Below are positions 50,455-64,000 of a stretch of DNA of 64,000 bases, piece after piece. The stretch lies in assembly GCA_013239625.1 (NCBI GenBank), contig MU053995.1, positions 1 to 64,000 of the forward strand, written 5' to 3'. The first letter of the stretch is position 1. Every line of letters starts with the position of its first letter. Position numbers and translations under genes: made by a program. The stretch comes from Lama guanicoe. Lineage: Eukaryota. The notes beneath the pieces were generated by a model. The model ran no database searches. It was not told the DNA's origin and saw nothing but the letters and a program-made list of their open reading frames with translations.

Positions 50455-52190
50455 TTCTTTCTATTTGGTTTATTTTTTAACTTTTTTTAATGAGTTATAG
50501 TCATTCTACAATGCTGTGACAAATTCCAGTGTAGTGCACAATTTTTCAGTTATACATGAAGATACGTATGTTCATTGTCACATTTTTTTTCACTGAGAGC
50601 TAGCACAAGATCTTTTATGTATTTCTGTGCACTATACAGCATGTACTTCTTTATCTAGTGTATATATGCCTGTCAGTATCTATAAGTTTTGAACTCCTAG
50701 CCTGTACCTTTCCACCACCCTTGCCCCTGGCCACAACAATTTTGTATTCTGTCTATCAGAATACAAAAATTTCTCCTTTGTTTCTCCTTTGTATTTATGT
50801 TCACTTGACTTTTTGTTTCCCCTCACCTTCTTTTGTTTACACATATGAGCCATCTCATATGGTATTTTTCTTTCTCTTTCTTCCAATCCAAGAGCATGGA
50901 ATATCTTTCCATTTTTTAAAGTCTTCTTTAATTTCCTTCATCAATGGTTTATAATTTTCTGTGTGTAACTGTTTTATCTCATTGGTTAGATTTATTACTA
51001 GGTATTTTATTACTTTGGGGGCTATTTTAAGGTTGATTGTTTCTTTACTTTCTTTTTTCTGTTGATCCATCATTAGTGTAAAGAAATGCAACTGATTTAT
51101 GAACATTAATCTTGTAACCTGCCACCTTGCTGAATTCTTTGATAAGTTCTAATAGTTTTTTATCCCCCTTTTAGGGTTTTCTAGATATAGTAAAATGTTG
51201 TCGGCATGTAGTGACACTTTTATCTCTTCTTTTCCAATTTAGATCCCTTTATAACAATATATTTCTCTCTCTTGCCTGATTGCTGTGGCTAGGACTTCCA
51301 AGACTATGTTGAATAGGAGTGGTGAGAGTGGGCAGCCTTGTCTTGTCCCAGATTTTAGTGGGAAGCTTTTGAGTTTTTCACCATTGAGGACTATGTTGGC
51401 TGTAGGTTTGTCATATATGGCTTTTATTATGTTGAGATATGTTGCCTCTATACCCACTTTGGTGAGAGTTTTTATCATAAATGGGTGTTGAATTTTATCA
51501 AATGCTTTTTCTGCATCTAATGAGATGATCATGTGGTCTTTGTCCTTTTTCTTGTTGATGTGGTGTATTACATTGATTGTTTTGCATATGTTGAACCACC
51601 CTTGCGTCCCTGGGATGAACCCCAGTTGATCATGATGTATAATCTTTTGTATGTGCTCTTGGATTCTATTTTCTAATATTTTGGTGAGGATTTTTGCATC
51701 TATGTTCATCAATGATATTCGCCTATAATTGTCTTTGTTTTGGATGTGTTCCCATGGAGACTGTGCACTTTTAATGATTTTGTCGAGATGTCTTTCCTAA
51801 GTATGGGTCATTGTTGAGTTTTATTTCACTTTGGTTAGTGGTGTGGCCATTAGCCTGACAGAGTCTGACCTTGTTATTGAATGGTGCTTCCTTTTTGTTT
51901 TGTTGTCGCCACTCCTGTATTCACCCTGCTGCGCAAACTCAGCTCTCTGCTTCCAGAGGCTTGTTTGTGCCCCTGGTCTGTGCTGCTCCCAGTGCTGGTT
52001 GGCAAGCAGGTTGTGCCCCTCCCAACTGGTCTGGTACTGTGCCCCTGCATGGTAGGCAGGCAGGTCCCTCCCCCTCCTGATGACACAGTCTGATGCTATG
52101 TTCAAGCACAGTGGGTAGGCAGGTCACACCCCCTCCGAACAATATGGTCAGGTGCTGTCCTCCTGGTAGGCAGGTGGGTCATGCCCCATC
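50455..52190 (-). mobile_element. Doubly internally deleted L1: 5' UTR monomers, RT segment, 3' UTR and tail
   Basis: 5' UTR 51742-52190 resembles 60570-60997. RT peptide MNIDAKIL...[14 protein letters not shown]...[14 protein letters not shown] (51239-51712). WIGR is joined directly to the ORF2 end at ~50880. T-rich tail at ~50455-50490. Confidence 0.92.
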
Positions 52191-55100
52191 ATCTGCAAAT
52201 ATTTTCTCCCACTCTTTAGGTTGTCTTTTCACTTTGTTGATAGCATCCTTAGCTGTGCAAAAGCTTTTAAATTTAACTAGGCCCCACTGTTTATTTTTGC
52301 TTTTATTTCCATTATTCTAGGAGCTTATTTGAAAAATTATTGCTGTGATTTATGTCAGAGTTCTATGTTTTCCTCTAAGAACTTTTTTAGCATCCTGTCT
52401 AACATTTAGGTCTTCAATCCATTTTGAGTTTAGTTTTGTATATGGTATTAGAGAATCTTCTAATTTCAGTCTTTTACAGGTGCTGTCCAGTTTTCCCAGC
52501 ACCACTTGTTAAAGACTGTCTTTTCTCCATTCTACATTCCTGCCTCCTTTGTTGTAGATTAATTGACCTTAAGTGCATGGGTTTATTTATTGACTTTTTA
52601 TTCTGTTCCATTGATCTATGTGTCTGTTTTTGTACCAGTACTGTATTGATTTCTATAGCTTGTAGTGTAGTCTGAAGTCAGGGAGCATGATCCCCCAGCT
52701 CCATTCTCCTTCTTCATGACTGTTCTTGCTATTCAGGGTCATTTGTGTTTCCATACAAATTTTAACATTTTTTGTTCCAGCTTTCTGAAAAATGTTGATA
52801 GGGATTGCATTGAGTGTGTACATTGCCTTGGATAGTATGACAATTTTAATAATACTGAATCTTTGAATCCAAGAACAAGGTATAACTTTCCATTTGTTTA
52901 TGTCATCTTCAGTTTCTTTCATAAGTGTCTTATAGTTTTTGGAGCACAGGCCCTTTGCCTCCTTGAGTAGATTTATTCCTAGATATTTTATTCTTTTATG
53001 TTCTATAGTAACTGAGATTTTCCCTTAATTTCTTTTTCTGATATTTCACTGATAGAGTTTACAGATGCAACTGATTTCTGTATATTAATTTTGTATCCTG
53101 CAACTTTACCAGATTCATTGAGTTCTAGTAGTTTTCTCATCACTTCTTTAGGGTTTTCTATGTGTAGAATCATGTCATCTGCAAACAGTGAGTTTTCTTC
53201 TTCATTTCCAACCTGGATTCCTTTTATTTATTTTTTTCTCTGATTGTTATGGCTAGGACCTCTAAAACTGTGTTGAATAAAAATGGTGAGAATGAGAATC
53301 CTTGTCTTTTTACTAATCTTAGAGGAAATGCTGTCAGCTTTTCACCGTTGAGTATGATGTTGGCTGTGGGGTTGTTATACATGGCCTTTATTATGTTGAG
53401 GTATGTTTCCTCTCTGCCCACTTTCTGGAGAGTTTTTAATCATAAATGGATATTGAATTTTAGCAAAAGCTCTTTTCTCATCTCTTGAGATGACTATATT
53501 GTTTTTATTCTTCAATTTGTTAGTGTGATGTATCACATTGATTGATTTGCAAATACTGAAAAATCCCTGCATCCCTGGGATAAATCCCACTTGATTGTGG
53601 TGTATGATCTTTTAATGAATCGTTGAAGTCAGTTTGCTAGTATTTTATTGAGCATGTTTGAATCTTCTTTAAATGTTTGTTAGAATTTTCCTGTGAAACC
53701 TTATGGTCCTAGACTTTTGTTTCTTGAAAGTTTTTAAATTACTGATTCAATTTCAGTATTGCTAATTATTCTATTCACATTTTCTATTTCGTCCTAATTC
53801 AGTTTCAGAAAAATTGCACCCTTCTAAGAAATTGTCCATTTCTTCTAAGTTGTCCTTTATTTTTTTGACCTATAGTTGCTGATAATATCCCCTTATAGTC
53901 TATTGTATTTCTGTGGAGTCAGTTTTAACTTCTCCTTTTTCATTTCTGGTTTTATTTATTTGGGCCCACTCCCTTTTTTTTTCTTAATGCTTTATCATTT
54001 TTTTAATCTTTTCAAACTTTTTAGTTTCATTGATCTTTTCTATTGTTTTTAATTCTCCATTTCATTTATTTCTGCTCTAATCTTTATGATTTCTTTTCTT
54101 TTATTAACTTTGGGTTTTATTTTTTCTTCTTTCTCTTGTTCTTTCAAATGTAAAGTAAGGTTGTTTATTTGAGATTGTTCTTGTTTCCTGAAGTAAGCTT
54201 GCACTCTGTAACGTCACTCTTATAACTGCTTTTGCTGTGTCCTAGAGGGTTTGGATCATTGTGGTTGTTTTTATTTATCTCTAAGTGGTTTCCTCCTGGT
54301 TTTTTTTTTGTTTTTTGTTTTTTGTTTTTTGTTTTTTTGGATTTCTTCTATGATTTCTTTAGTGATCCATTGGTTGTTTAGTAGCATATTGGGTTTAGCT
54401 CCTCGTGTTTGCAGTTTTTACAGTTTTTTCTTATAGTTCATTTCTAACCTCATAGCTTTGTGGTCAGAAAAGATTCTTGATACAATATCAATTTTCTTAT
54501 GTTTACTGAGGCTATATTTGTGGGCAAGGATGTGGTCAATCCTGGAGGATATTTTACGTGTACTTGAGAAGAATATGTTCTCTGCTGATGCTGTATAGCT
54601 ATCAATTAAGTCCATCACATCTAATGTGACATTTAGGGTATTTCCTTACTGATTTTCTGTCTGAATTTGTCCATTGATGTAAGTGGTGTGTTAAATTCCC
54701 CCACTATTATTGTGTTATGATGATTTCTCCTTTTCTGTGTATTAACAGTTGCCTTATATATTGAAGTGCTCCTATGTTGGGTGCTTGATCCTGGCCATTG
54801 GTGGCTAGAGGCAATTGTGGCTCTGGAAGTCTGCTGATAGGTCAGGCTGTGTTGCCAACCAGTATATTGTTTGGCCTGAGGCTTCCCAGCACTTAAGCCT
54901 TCAGGTTGTTGGGTAGGACCTCCTGGTACTAATGATCCAAGCAAGTTTCAACCTCCAGGAAATCTCATGTAGATGAACACCCCCCAAATATCTACCACCT
55001 GCTTTTGTTTCCAGGGTGAGCTGCAGCTATCCCCTACCTCCATAGAAATTCCACAACCAGCAGACAGGTCTGGCCCATGTTTCCATGAAATCACTGCCTC

Positions 55101-55560
55101 TGCCCTTGGACCTGTCACATGCAAGATTCTATGTGCAATTCCCAAGAGATTAAGGTCTCTGTTGCCCATAGTCATGTAGGGCTTCTGGCATTCAGCCCCA
55201 CTGGACTTCAGAACCATGTGTTCTTGGGTCTCTTCCTCCTCCAAATGCTAGAACCCTGATGTGGGTCTCAGAACTCTCACCTCTGTGGCAGAGCCTCTGT
55301 GACTATTCTTCAGCTCATTCATCATCCATCGGGGGGTATACAGTCCAATTACATTGTGAGCATGACCCTCCTACCATCCTGCTGTGGTTTAGTTTTTATG
55401 TTTCCAGTTAAAGAAGATCTTTTCTTGCTGGGATTCAGGGGGTTTTTTTTGTTTGCTTGTTTGTTTTGTTTTCTGATGCTTGTTTCTCTGTCAGTTGTGT
55501 TATAGTCATGAGAAGAGGCAAGTTCACGGTCCTAGTACTCCATCATCTTGACAAAAAAAT
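52191..55560 (-). mobile_element. L1 with 5' UTR fused directly to ORF2 EN (ORF1 missing), degenerate ORF2
   Basis: 5' end gtcaagatgatgg (minus strand, ~55540-55553) and UTR similar to 7652-8435. EN peptide TIIVGEFNTPLTSMD; RT peptides YLNIIKAMY and [11 protein letters not shown]. Confidence 0.9.
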
Positions 55561-55574
55561 CTAAACTTTTTAAT

Positions 55575-55925
55575 TGTTGGCTTCTGCAAAAAGGCTTTTT
55601 GACAAATATAAATAAGGCTCTGAAAATTTTTCTATCACACTACTGAACTGGCTAAGAAATTAAAGAACTCTAATGGAAAAACCACATAATTCCATCAAGA
55701 TCAACAGGAATTAACTACCTGGGACTGAATGAACTGATAAATATGATTTATAATTTTATTAATTTTTTATGAAAGTTTAATTTTTGCTTTCCAGGGAAAC
55801 TTTCCTCTTACACTATGACCTACAAGAAGTTGATAAACTATATCTTGGCAAACAAAGATAAAGCATTTATTTTTTTCCTCTCACCTTTATCCCTCCAGAA
55901 TTTGGTTTCTCCAGTTGGCCCCCTG
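55575..55925 (+). mobile_element. ERV1-class internal fragment
   Basis: actgaactggctaagaaatt and ggaattaactacctgggactgaatgaactgat resemble the non-coding 3' internal region of MER4/MER41-group ERVs. Confidence 0.5.
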
Positions 55926-56164
55926 TAAACTTAATGACTTATTGTACAAAAGTTACAACTAATTTTAATAATCATTATTTTAATTTATTCTATCTTGTTT
56001 TTTTCAAATTATTTATGCCTATGTCTTTCTTTGCTGTACTATGCTTCATAATGTTACAGCTCTGTTATTACACCCTATTTTATAAGATGTTATCTCTTGT
56101 ATCATCCAATGTGTAACCAGGCCTCCACAAAATTAATAATGGTTAATGTCTTAAGACAGTTGAT

Positions 56165-56258
56165 CACACATATAGCTCTACATAGAATTGTAGTAGTGTA
56201 ACACACATATAACTCTACATAGAATAATTGTAGTAGTGTAATAATTGTAGTAGTGTAA
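56165..56258. repeat. Local tandem duplication (~37-40 bp unit x2 plus a partial unit)
   Basis: CACACATATA(G/A)CTCTACATAGAA twice and AATTGTAGTAGTGTAA three times. Confidence 0.9.
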
Positions 56259-56519
56259 AGACATGGAAAGAACTACAAGGGGAAAACATAGCACGGGTCA
56301 TAACAGACTAGTAAAATAGGTGACTCAGAAAATTTAAGACTGTCAGTTGTGCCTAATCGAAAAAATGTAATTGAGTGGACTATCAATAGAATCCTTGTTT
56401 GGCGTAAGAGCAAGTCTTCCTAGCATCTTGCAACAAACTTTTTCATAAAATTCCTCAAACATTGGTTGAATTTATGACCAAGAAGAGGTATTGTGAATAA
56501 AGAATGTCATTTGCCATGA

Positions 56520-56962
56520 CATTAAACAGAATGTTGTGGCCATCAAGCCATCAGTCACTGCAATCACACCCTCTTCATGGTGTACCCTAAGGGTACTCAG
56601 GATAGAGACAAGCAGGATACTGGCCCTAGGTATTTTATTTTAAATGCTTATCAAAGGAATGATTTCTTGCATCTTCGCATACATAGAAAACACTAAAATC
56701 ATAATCTTGAGATATCTGTTTCTTACAGTTAGCAGTAATCTTTTGAAGTTTGATTACCTTGTTTTTTTGTTTTTTGTTTTTGTTTTTTCAGCCAAAGCAC
56801 CTATATATATATATATATATATATATATCCTGGCACTTCAATTACATTTTTGAGCAGCTCCTCAGCTATCTGAGATGTTATCTCCAGGGCTTAAGTCATC
56901 AGTAGTCTCCTGAATAAAACACAATTCACATCTTTTAGGTTGTGCATTTTTTCAAGTTGAAA
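56520..56962 (+). mobile_element. ERV1-class LTR with expanded (TA)n
   Basis: (TA)n at ~56803-56828 in the TATA position, AATAAA 56913, end ttttaggttgtgcattttttcaagttga. Confidence 0.7.
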
Positions 56963-57869
56963 GTTTAATAGAAAGCCTGGGATAACTGATGGCATTCAGC
57001 TTGGCCACTAAAATGGGGCTACCCAGATATGCCCTAAGATATGTAGAAAATAAGCTGATGTCAAATCCTTGATAGGTATGGACCTTAACTCACTAGTAGC
57101 TAGAAAAAGAGTCTGCTTGGAAGCCATCAGTGGAGAACACAGGAGTGAAGTCTGTTTTCTTGACAGATGTACACTTTTGCCTGCCATCCTCAGTTATACA
57201 TTTACACATGTGTTTACTTTGTTACTTCATCAGCTACTGAGGCTAAGAAATGTATGTGTGTTTTGCAGCTGATGGCAATGTTTATTTTGAATAAAGATAT
57301 ACTCTCTTTTTCTTAACAATGTCAAGTGTGTATGTTTTTGTTTTGCTGTGCTTATAGTCAGCCATTGAGCAAATAGATATGTCTGCTTTTTTCTTTAATA
57401 GCCTTCTTTTATTATCAGCTTAAAATATCATGTTAATTTGTTCTCATGGAACCTGGTCTCATTGAGCATTTCAAAATACAGAAATGATTTCTGCAGGGAG
57501 AAGAGCTGAACACTTGGAAGTGACTGCTGGGGGCTTTGTACTGTTCTGAGATTTTCAGCCTGGCCAGGACAGTTAGAATAATAAGCCTTAAAATATTCAC
57601 TTAGAATAAATTTCATGAATCAAAAGAAGAAAGTGTTTATCTCTTTTGGAAGAGAGTACACTTGGCTGAAATAAAGTAAAATTGTTAGTTACTAACTATA
57701 AAAACAAGCTTACCCCATACCAGTTTGTAAAAAGGGAAATTTAATATTTACTATTTGAGAATTTATAGAAAGTAAAAATCACTGAATGCATAGAACACAG
57801 CAACAAAGAGCCTTTTTTCACAGTAATTAGAGAGAGTGCTCCATAGTTCTTTGGAATTTCTGCAAATCT

Positions 57870-58305
57870 TATAGCAGGAGTGATGATGGCCTTTGTTCTC
57901 AATTTTTTCCCCCAAGTATGTCTATAAAGCATTCTTGGAAAGTAGAGATAGAGATTCTGCTTCCTCCAGAGCAAAGAGCATGTTTGTTTACCACCCAGTA
58001 TAAAAAAGATAAAGTTCCCTCTGAGGCTAAGGTCAGGCATGTTTGCTTTCTGCTCATTATAGATTGTCTTCCTTAATCCTGGAGTTCTGCCATGTGACTT
58101 GTACTGTAAACCTACTGCACACACTGCATTTAGTTGGGCCACTCTGTGTAAAACTTTTGCCTACTGGTCTGTAAATATTAAAATTTATTGAATCTGACCC
58201 TAGATTCTCATATCTTTGGCCAGAATCCATGAAACTATGGCAGGCTAATTTGTGAGCTTGCTAATTGCGTAAACCCTCTGAACTGCAAAGGCAAATTCTT
58301 GACCC
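57870..58305 (+). mobile_element. Old ERV LTR (MER-type)
   Basis: Internal repeat ctccagagcaaagagcatgtttg / ctctgaggctaaggtcaggcatgtttg; gaatccatgaaactatggcaggctaa near the end. Confidence 0.55.
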
Positions 58306-58599
58306 TGAAATTGCCATTCTTTCAACCACATCATCTGGCCCCAGCTGGTATGTTAATTTGGAGTTGAAATTTGCTTCCTTTTGGAGGAGCTACATCCTAG
58401 CATTCTGGATTCAATGGAAAATACATGAATGCCTTAGATTGAGGTCTAACCACTTTGAACGATTGTAATTAAACTGTTATAACAGAAATAGAATTAAAGA
58501 CTAGTTTAGATTTAACCTAAATATCTTTTGTAGAGGCATTATAGACAGACTGTTCAGCTCATACCTTTAACATATATAAGTTATACTTGGACCAGTGTC

Positions 58600-59648
58600 T
58601 ACATAAGCAAAACAAAAATACAACATGTAGAATGGGAGAAAATATTTTCAAAAGATGAAGCTGATAAGGGTTTAATTTCCAGACTATACAAACAGCTCAT
58701 ACAACTCAATAACAGCAAGAACAGAAACCCAATCCAAAAATGGGCAGAAGACCTAAACAGACATTCCTCCAAGAAGATATACAGGTAGCCAACAGACACA
58801 ACACTAATTATCAGAGAAATGCAAGTCAAAACTACAATAATATCACCTCACACAAGTCAGAATAGCCACCATGAAAAAGTCTACAAATAATAAATGTTGG
58901 AGGGGGTGTGAAGAAAAGGGAACTCTCCTACACTGCTGGTGGGAATGTAGTTTGGTGCAGCCATTATGGAAAACAGTATTGAGGTTCTTTGAAAAACTAC
59001 AAATAGAGTGTTCATGTGATCCAGAAGTCCCACTCCTGGACTCTAATTCAAACATATACATGCTCCCCAATGTTTATAGCTGTACTACATACAATAGCCA
59101 ACACATGGAAGCAATCTAAATGTCCATCAACAGATGACTGGATAAAGAATATGTGGTATATTTATACAGTAGAATACTACTCAACCATTAAAAAGTAACA
59201 AAATAATGCCAGTTGTAGTAACATGGATGGACTTGGAGAATGTCATTCTAAGTGAAGTAAGTCAGAAAGAGAAAGAAAAATACCACATGGTATCACTTAT
59301 GTGTAGAATCTTCTTAAAAAGTGACACAAACTTATTTACAAAACAGAAACAGAGTCACAGACATAGAGAACAAACTTGTGGTTACAGTGTGGAAAAGTGA
59401 TGGGAAGGGGTAAACTGGGAGTTTGGGATTTGTAGATAATAACTACTATACATAAAATAGTTCAACAACAAATTTATACTGTATACCACAGGAAACTCTT
59501 TTCAATATCTTGTAGCAACCTATAATGAAAAAGAATATGAAAACATATATATGTACATATGTATATGACTGAACTATTATTGCTCTACACTAGAAATTGA
59601 CACAACATTGTATGGCTATCCATATATATATAAACACACACAAAAAAA
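58600..59648 (+). mobile_element. 5'-truncated L1 (ORF2 C-terminus, 3' UTR, A-tail)
   Basis: [27 protein letters not shown] and LSEVSQKEKEKYH; 3' UTR motifs. Confidence 0.93.
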
Positions 59649-59657
59649 GATTTCTTT

Positions 59658-62600
59658 GAGGAGAAGGGCCAAGATGAAGGAGTAGAAGGATGCTTGTAGC
59701 TCACCCTCTTCCACAATTACAAAAAGACTGACATCCACACATCACCCATCCAATCAGAACACCTGCTGAACTTTGACAGAACATCACCTTCTTCAAAGAC
59801 AAAATATGACACCAATCTGGTAGAAGAAAAGAAGGAAGAAAAAGAAAAATAATACAGAATCATTTGTTGAGTCACTCCCTTTCCAACAGAGAGGTCAGCA
59901 TGAAAGAAGGGGAATCTCCAAGGCTTCAATCTGTACAGAATAGCCCTTGATCATCAAAACTAAGTTAAACAGTCACAAAGGGTCCCCACAACCCCCCACC
60001 ATAGTTGCAAACTGGCAGGAGTGGGACAGGCCAGGCTGATGGAGTCAGACAAAGAATTCAGGCCAACTGTACAGAGACAACCTAGGAGGACTGCAATGTG
60101 CCATGCACCATTGCTGGGAGGGTATACAGATCAGAACCGCCTGAGTCCCCAATAAAATACAAAAGAAAAAAAAAAGAAGCAAAACAACACTACTGTATGC
60201 CCTAGGAAAGGGGAGCCATAGTGTTTGTCTCCACAGACCTGTGGGACCATTACAGGTACTTTCTTGGGAGAATAGTGGCAGGACTCAGCAACTGCCACCA
60301 TATTCTCTGGTGCATGGCTCCCAGGTAAAGGCAAAGTGGAAACCTGAATCTGTACCTAGTGGTTCTGCAAACTCATAGGTGGGACTGAGATTTCTTTTGA
60401 GCCCCAGGCAGAGGGGAATATCTTGCCCTGGTACCTCTGTGATCTTGAGCTACTAAGACAAATAATCAAGGAGTGGAGTTCTGGTAGAAAGCCGGGACAA
60501 GGACTGGGCAGCCATTTTCTCTGAGCCCACCTACAGAGCACGGACCAGACGTGGAACAGTGAGCTGCACAGAGTGGGGGAGTGGCCTGCCCACCAACATG
60601 CATGAGTGTGGCACTCAACTATGGCATCAGGAGGGAGAGTGACCCGCCCAACTATCATGGAGGAGCACAGCACAGGGACACCTCATTGAAAGGAGGCATG
60701 ACCCCCTCACCTACTGGCACTGAGAGCAGCACAGACCAGGTGTGAACAGAGGACCTCTGGAACCAGTGAATAGTGTTCATGCAGCAGGCCAAGGGCAGAA
60801 GTAGAGACAGCCGCAAAACAAAAAGTCCTGCTCAATAGACAAACCAGGCTCTAGCTACCAGAATACCACCACACCCCCAGCCAAAGGAATAACAGGCAAA
60901 AGGCACAGAAGGAAGACTTGGCAACCACCCATATTTCAGAAGGACCTGTACAAACTTATTAAAATACACAGTCTCCAATGGAATGGGAGCACATCCAGTT
61001 TTTTCTTTTCTTTTTTTCTTTTTTAATTTTAATTTAAAAATTTTTTATTCTATTTTTAATCCATTTAAATTTTTCTTTTAAACTACATTTATTAATTTTT
61101 AAAAACTTGTCTGTTTTATTTTTATTTCTTTGTTTTATTTTTATCAATTATACTGTACTTTCAAATATTTTTGTTCTTTTATGTTTTTTATAATTTGTCT
61201 CAACTCAGTTTTTACTTATCTTCATTTTGTTCTTCTGTTATTGATTATACTATTTTCAAACTTTTTCTCTTCTTTCAAATGTCCTTTTTTTAAGTTTTAT
61301 TTCTGAATCCACTTATATAAATAAATAAATAAACCCCTTGAGGACCACAGTAGATAACTGACATTCTAAGCTATTTTGCCAGAGAGATATAAGTAAAATG
61401 ATGATACAGAGGAACCACTACCAATTAAAAGAACAAGAGAAATCCTCTGAAAGAATGATCAATGAAATAGACCTTGATAATCTACCAGATCATTATTTCA
61501 AAAAAGCATGATCAAGCTACTAAAGGAACTAAAAAAGATTGTGTTTAGAGGCAGAGAGTATGTTAAAAAGGAAATTGAAACTATAAAGAGAAGACAATTA
61601 AAATTGGAAAACTCATTTGCTCAGATGAGAGCTGAGCTAAAGGCTATAAAAACAGGCTATATAACACAGAGGAATGAATAAGTGACTTAGAAGACAGGAC
61701 AAACAGAAATCACCCAATCAGAACAGTTGAGAGAGAAACTAATAAAAATCAATGAAAACAATATAAGAGACCTATGAGATAATATAAAGCATGCCAACCT
61801 ATGCATAATAGGGGTTCCAAAAGGAGAAGAAAGAGAAAAGGGACTGAAATGTATTTGAAGAAATCATTCCCCAAACCTAAAGAAGGAAACAGATACCTAA
61901 GTACAAGAAGCACAGAGTGTCTGAAACAAGAAGAATGCAAACAGATCCACACCAAGACACATTATAATCAGGATGGCCAGGGTTAAGGATTAAGAAATAA
62001 TCCTAAAGGCAGCAAGAGAAAAACAGAGTAGTTAAAAAGGAGCCCCCCATAAGGCTTTCAGCTGACTTGTCTACACAAACAATAAAGGCCAGAAGGGAGT
62101 GGCAAGATATATTTAAAGTCCTGAATGAAAAAAAGATGCAAACTAGGATACTTTATCCAGTAAGGCTATCCTTTAGATTAGAAGGGGAAACAAAAAACTT
62201 CACAGACAAGCAAAAACCAAAAGAATTTAGTAAGACTAAATTTATGCTAAAAGAAAAGTGGAAAGATCTACTCTAAATAGAAAAGAATCAGGATGCTACA
62301 GAAAGGGAAAACCATAATTGGAAAGGTGATAACTACAACAAATTATAACAGAATGAACATGAAATTGTAATAGAGGACATCTAAATCATTAATGATGGGA
62401 GAGGTGAACAAGAAAATATATTTTTTTTTCTTTCTTTTTTCTTTTTTTTGTTCTCAGGCAGATGAGTTTGAGCTTATATTACTATGTTTAAAACAAACAT
62501 ATATAGTAATGTGTTAATATACATACAAGACAGGGTAACCACAAGCCAAATCTTATAACAGAGTCACAAAAACTAAAAAGAAACCAAGATAATACAAAGA

Positions 62601-64000
62601 AAAAATGCCAAACCACAAAAAGGAAAAGAAAGGAACAAAGAGGAAATACCAAATCAACTACAATACTAAGTTCAAAATGGCAATAAACACACATCTATAA
62701 ATAATTACTATAAATGTCAATGGAATAAATGCTCAAATCAAAAGACACAGAATGGCAGACTAGATCAGAAAACAAGAACCTACAATATGCAGCATACAAG
62801 AGAACCACTTTAGGGAGAAGGACACACATAAAGAGAGGATGGAAAAGAATATTCCATGCAAATGGAAATGACAAGAAAGCAGGAGTAATAATACTGATTT
62901 CAGACAAAGTAGACTTTACAAAAAAAGACATAAAGAAAGATAAAAAAAGACATTACAAAATGATTAAAGGAGCAATAAAGGATAAGGATATTACACTCCC
63001 TAACATGTATGCACCCAATATAGGAGCACCTAAATACATAATCAAATACTAACAGATATAAAGAGAGATATTGATGGGAATACAATCATTGTAGGAGACT
63101 TTAACACTCCATTAACAACAGTGGACAGATCTTCCACACAGAAAATTAATAACAGAACAGAGAAATTAAATGATACAATACCTCAATTAGACTTGGTTGA
63201 GATTTTCAGAACAAGATGTCTCCCCAAGTAGAATATACATTCTTTTCAAGTGCACATGGAACATTTTCTAGAATAGATCATGTATATGGCACAATAGAAG
63301 CCTCCACCAATTTAAGAAGATAGAAATTATTTCAAGCATCTTTTCTGACCACAATGCCATGCAACTAGATAGAAATTAACTACAGAAAAACAAAGGAGAA
63401 AAAAAGGAGATTAAACAACATGCTACTAAAATACCAATGGGTCAATGATCAAAGAAGAAATTAAAAAATACTTTGATACAAATGACAACCCCTCAAAATC
63501 TATGGGATGGAGCAAAAGCAGTCCTAAGAGGGAAGTACACAGTGATACAGGCCTTCATCAAAAGAGAAGAACAATCTCAAATAAACAGTCTAACTTACCA
63601 ACTAAAAGAATTAGAAACAGAAGCACAAACAAAACCAAAAGTTAGCAGAAGGAAGGAAATAATAAAGATCGTGGAGGAAAAAAAAAAGAGACAGATTTTT
63701 AAAAATAGAAAAAATCAATCAAGCTAAGAGCTGGTTTTTTGAAAGAGTAAACAAAATTGACAAACCTCTGGCCAAGTACACAAAGAAGAGAAAACAGAGA
63801 GCACAAATAAGCAAAATAAGAAAGGAAAATGGAGAAATTATAACCAATACCACAGAAATACAAAATATCATATGAAAATACTATGAAAAACTATATGGAA
63901 ACAAAATGGAGAACCTACAAGAAATGGACAAATTTCTGCAAACATACAGTCCACCAAGACTGAATCAAGGGGAAATCGACCACTTAAACTATCCAATCAC
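59658..64000 (+). mobile_element. L1 5' portion: 5' UTR, disrupted ORF1 (~61398-62276), disrupted ORF2 from ATG 62677, running off the window
   Basis: 5' end gggccaagatg; monomeric GC-rich UTR then T-rich tract; ORF1 KARREWQDIFKVL...ILYPVRLSF; EN motifs HANGNDKKAGVIILISDK, YAPNIGAP and QNLWDGAKAVLRGK. Many stops and frameshifts. Confidence 0.95.

Noticed and set aside
59658..64000. Active full-length L1
   Set aside because: Multiple in-frame stops and frameshifts in ORF1 and ORF2 (e.g. TAA eight codons into ORF2).

Overview
Mammalian genomic DNA, very probably camelid: a tRNA-derived Vic-1-type SINE lies at 11636-11771 and the LINE-1s look cetartiodactyl. By my approximate boundaries more than half of the window is degenerate LINE-1. 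There are also ERV/MaLR LTRs, L2, MIR and MER fragments. I cannot support any protein-coding host gene. Nearly all listed ORFs are L1 ORF1/ORF2 debris, their antisense shadows, or chance ORFs. The dominant structure is a large palindrome. The left arm spans 1-11179 and is cut by the window edge. The right arm spans 18303-29480 and the spacer 11180-18302 (7.1 kb). By eye the arms differ by only 3 substitutions and one 1-bp homopolymer indel (not an exhaustive comparison). At the left inner junction sits a 97-bp, ~91% identical copy of arm sequence, which may mean the palindrome is much older than its arm identity implies (ongoing gene conversion). Other points of interest are convergent L1 5' promoters in the arms, a small non-repetitive island with splice signals in each arm, an ETS-motif cluster in the spacer, a motif-dense enhancer-like block at ~39.7-40.2 kb, a CCAAT-rich solo LTR, and several L1 copies with microhomology-type internal deletions. 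Repeat boundaries and family names were assigned by eye and are approximate.
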